Origin: Desulfobacterales bacterium
GTDB taxonomy: Bacteria > Desulfobacterota > Desulfobacteria > Desulfobacterales > CAFBRK01
Assembly (NCBI GenBank): GCA_050115795.1
Contig: JASFPT010000025.1
Span: 235 to 24,234, forward strand
DNA: 24,000 nt
Direction of reading: 5' to 3'
Part shown: positions 21,826 to 24,000 of the stretch, in pieces
Layout of the letters: each line of letters starts with the position of its first letter
Numbering within the stretch: the first letter of the stretch is position 1
The notes under the pieces: model-generated
What the model was told of the DNA's origin: nothing
The model's input: only the letters and a program-made list of their open reading frames with translations
The model's database searches: none
Made by a program: the position numbers and the translations under genes

Positions 21826-23385
21826 TCAGGCGGGAGGGGGCGGGACCGAAGGAAACCGCTTCGGGTCGGTGTGGGGGTAGAATTTGGCCGCCGAAAACCG
21901 GTTCATGAAATCCTGGTTCACGTTCAGTTCGAGGTAGGTGATCCGGTCCCGGATCCGGTCGAGTTCTTCGACCGCAGAAGCGTCGGTCAGCGCTCGGGCG
22001 GCGCCCTCCAGGCTGCTGTTTCCGAGGGCTACGTAGCGCTGCAGGCCGATGTCCGGCAGCATGCCGATGGCGATGGCCGATTCGGCCCGGATGAAGGAGC
22101 CGAAAGTGCCGGCCACGTGGAAGGCGGCCAGTTCGTCGAAAGACACCCCCACCGTGAGGGTCAGGGTTTCCAGGATCGTATACATGGCGGCTTTGGATCG
22201 GGTCAGACTGTCCAGGTCGATCTGGCTCAAGGTCAGTGGCTTTCCGGTGGCCGACGTCCTTTCGTCTGCGACGAGGAAGGTGTCGATGCCGTCGCGGTCG
22301 ACCAGCCGGCTGCCGCATCGGGACGCAACAAATTTTCCGCGCATGTCGACCATCCCGGCCAGAAAGAGCTGTGCCGCCAGATCGATGAGGCCCGAGCCGC
22401 AAATGCCGATTGGCGGCAGATCCTCGATGGTGTGAAGTTCGACCGTACCGGTTTTCGGGTCCACCTGAACCCGGTCGATGACCCCCGGTGCGGCGTTCAT
22501 CCCCATCCGGGTGACGCCGCCCTCCAGAGCCGGTCCCGCCGCGCCGGCACAGGCGATGAGCCAGTTTTCATTTCCCAGCACCACCTCGGCGTTGGTGCCC
22601 ACATCGACCAGGATCGTGGTCTCGGCCCTGCGGTGAATTCCCGAATGGAGAATGCCGGCGATCAGATCGCCCCCGAAATAGCTGCCGATGTTCGGAAACG
22701 TGAGCAGCCGGCAACGGGGATGCACGTTCAGGCCGATTTCTCCGGCGCGGATCACCGGCAACCGGTTCGCCGCGGGGATGTAGGGCTCCCGGATGATCCA
22801 CCGGGGGGGGAGGCCCAGAAACAGATGGGTCATGGTCGTGTTGCCCGCGGCGCTGACCAGGACGATCTCCTCGGGCTCGGTTCCGGCGCGGGTGCAGATT
22901 GCTTCGACCTCCCGATTCAGCGCGGCGATGATCCGGCCGTGCAGGTCCTGCAGTCCTCCGGGGCGGTCCGCATGGTGAATCCTGGCCAGCACGTCGGGCC
23001 CGATTTCGATCTGGGGATTGTCGAAGGCGGCTTCGGCCAGGGTTTTCCCCGAATCGAGGGCCACCAGGCGAAGCACCACGCGGGTGGTGCCGATGTCCAC
23101 GGCAAGACCGGGGATGGGATCCGTCCGGGAGGGGTCGTAGACTTCCAGCAGGGCCCAGCGCCCCCTTTCCGGAAACACGACGCAGCGGGCGTTCCACCCC
23201 CACCGGCGGAGGCGTTCGGGCAGCCGGCGCAGCAGGGACAGGTCGGGAGCCAGCTCCGGCAGGCCGGCCTGCCGTTTCAGCACACCCATGAGCCGGTCGG
23301 CGTCTGCGCTATTGTCTTCCAGGGAAGGCGGGGAAAGAGATACGTCATGAATCCAGGCCGATTCGGTCATGGGGTTCCGTGACAT
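21826..23385 (-). CDS. ASKHA-fold DUF4445 protein, RACo-like (corrinoid reductive activase family) lacking the N-terminal [2Fe-2S] ferredoxin domain
   Basis: 519 aa. Family pattern: LAVDIGTTRVVL, SAAGNTTMTHLFLGL, ILVDVGTNAEVVLG, CAGAAGPALEGG, GICGSGLIDL, VAGTFGSF. The first ~100 aa contain a single Cys, so no ferredoxin-type cluster motif is present. The start could be ATG 23385 or ATG 23370. Confidence 0.8.
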   Translation of the reverse strand: MSRNPMTESAWIHDVSLSPPSLEDNSADADRLMGVLKRQAGLPELAPDLSLLRRLPERLRRWGWNARCVVFPERGRWALLEVYDPSRTDPIPGLAVDIGTTRVVLRLVALDSGKTLAEAAFDNPQIEIGPDVLARIHHADRPGGLQDLHGRIIAALNREVEAICTRAGTEPEEIVLVSAAGNTTMTHLFLGLPPRWIIREPYIPAANRLPVIRAGEIGLNVHPRCRLLTFPNIGSYFGGDLIAGILHSGIHRRAETTILVDVGTNAEVVLGNENWLIACAGAAGPALEGGVTRMGMNAAPGVIDRVQVDPKTGTVELHTIEDLPPIGICGSGLIDLAAQLFLAGMVDMRGKFVASRCGSRLVDRDGIDTFLVADERTSATGKPLTLSQIDLDSLTRSKAAMYTILETLTLTVGVSFDELAAFHVAGTFGSFIRAESAIAIGMLPDIGLQRYVALGNSSLEGAARALTDASAVEELDRIRDRITYLELNVNQDFMNRFSAAKFYPHTDPKRFPSVPPPPA

Positions 23386-23397
23386 TCAGAAGCGGGT

Positions 23398-24000
23398 TTA
23401 CAGCAGGGCCTCGACTTTTTCCACCAGCTGGGCCATGACGTCCGCCGCTTTGCCGGGGATTCGGTAGTCGCTGACCCACCCGGTCAGGGGCGTTTCCTCT
23501 TCGTTCAGCTCGATGATTCTGGCGCCGGCCTGCTTGGCAATGATCGGCATGGTCGCCGCCGGCTGAACGGTGGCCGAGGTGCCGATGACCAGCATCACCT
23601 TGCAGCCGGTGCTGGCCTGCTGGGATCGCATCAACGCCAGCGGCGGGATCGTCTCTCCGAAAAAGACGCACTCCGGCCGCCAGATCCCGCCGCAGCTGCA
23701 CAGGGGCGGGATGCGGCTCAGATCAAGGGCCGATGTCTTTTCCCGGCGGTTGCACCGGATGCATCGGTGGCTGGCGAAAGTCCCGTGAAACTCGATCACG
23801 TCGGTGTTTCCGGCGGCCTGATGGAGCCCGTCCACATTCTGGGTGATGACGGTTTTCAGCAGGCCCAGCTCCTCCAGGCGCGCCAGGCCCATGTGGGCCG
23901 GATTCGGCCGGGCCGTGTCGAGCAGTTCTTTCATGTCCTTGAGCAGCACGCTCCAGACCTTGGCCGGATCCTGCAGGAAGGCGTCGATACTCGCATACTC
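23398..24000 (-). CDS. cobB: Sir2 family NAD-dependent protein deacylase (sirtuin), C-terminal 200 codons; 5' end beyond the window
   Basis: TQNVDGLHQAAG, catalytic EFHG, Zn-ribbon CIRCN...CSCGG, VIGTSATVQPAA and IIELN. The reading frame stays open to position 24000 (..EYASIDAFLQDPAKVWSVLLKDMKELL..). Confidence 0.88.
   Translation of the reverse strand, partial: EYASIDAFLQDPAKVWSVLLKDMKELLDTARPNPAHMGLARLEELGLLKTVITQNVDGLHQAAGNTDVIEFHGTFASHRCIRCNRREKTSALDLSRIPPLCSCGGIWRPECVFFGETIPPLALMRSQQASTGCKVMLVIGTSATVQPAATMPIIAKQAGARIIELNEEETPLTGWVSDYRIPGKAADVMAQLVEKVEALL

Noticed and set aside
23398-24000. Whether the Sir2 domain gene is an antiphage defence component (Thoeris/DSR-like).
   Set aside because: It has the compact housekeeping sirtuin layout: QNVDGLH, catalytic HG, a CxxC...CxxG zinc module and GTS. 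There are no extra effector or sensor domains in the visible part, and the neighbours are not defence genes.
1-24000. Scan for tRNA, rRNA, CRISPR repeats, IS elements or terminal inverted repeats, integrases and toxin-antitoxin pairs.
   Set aside because: I saw no T-loop/acceptor-like structures, no regularly spaced direct repeats, and no transposase or integrase motifs in any frame. The window looks like core chromosome rather than a mobile island.

Overview
GC-rich bacterial chromosomal segment. Its gene content resembles an anaerobic Desulfobacterota-type organism, but that is inferred from gene families only. No rRNA, tRNA, CRISPR array or IS/transposase was recognised. I support 21 protein-coding genes; most long ORFs in the track are antisense or out-of-frame shadows of these. 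Left to right: a partial PEP-utilising dikinase-like gene (-), HU (+), a universal stress protein (+) and a PghP-like hydrolase (+). Next comes a co-oriented minus-strand cluster (3007-11336): CheY-like receiver, Cache-type histidine kinase, a second PEP-utilising dikinase paralog with a non-canonical C-terminal domain, a 228-aa two-TM protein translationally coupled to a TauE/SafE permease, a second CheY-like receiver and a degenerate receiver. After that: an SF2 helicase (+), a CaCA antiporter (-), the mercury-methylation pair hgcB/hgcA (-), a tightly packed rhomboid-MoxR-DUF58-TgpA operon (-), an EamA transporter (+), a ferredoxin-less RACo-like (DUF4445) ATPase (-) and a partial sirtuin (-). 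Main second-look items: (1) four near-consensus sigma54 -24/-12 promoters wire the left 11 kb together, with no enhancer-binding protein in the window; (2) the atypical dikinase paralogs sit among one kinase and three stand-alone receivers, a possible undescribed phosphotransfer/signalling module; (3) hgcAB is clearly identifiable (NVWCAAGK cap-helix motif, HgcB C-terminal CC), with a Cys-rich HgcA N-terminus and a downstream antiporter that lacks a canonical start codon; (4) a RACo-like corrinoid activase homolog lies about 6 kb from hgcA. All functional calls rest on motif recognition by eye; no database search was run.
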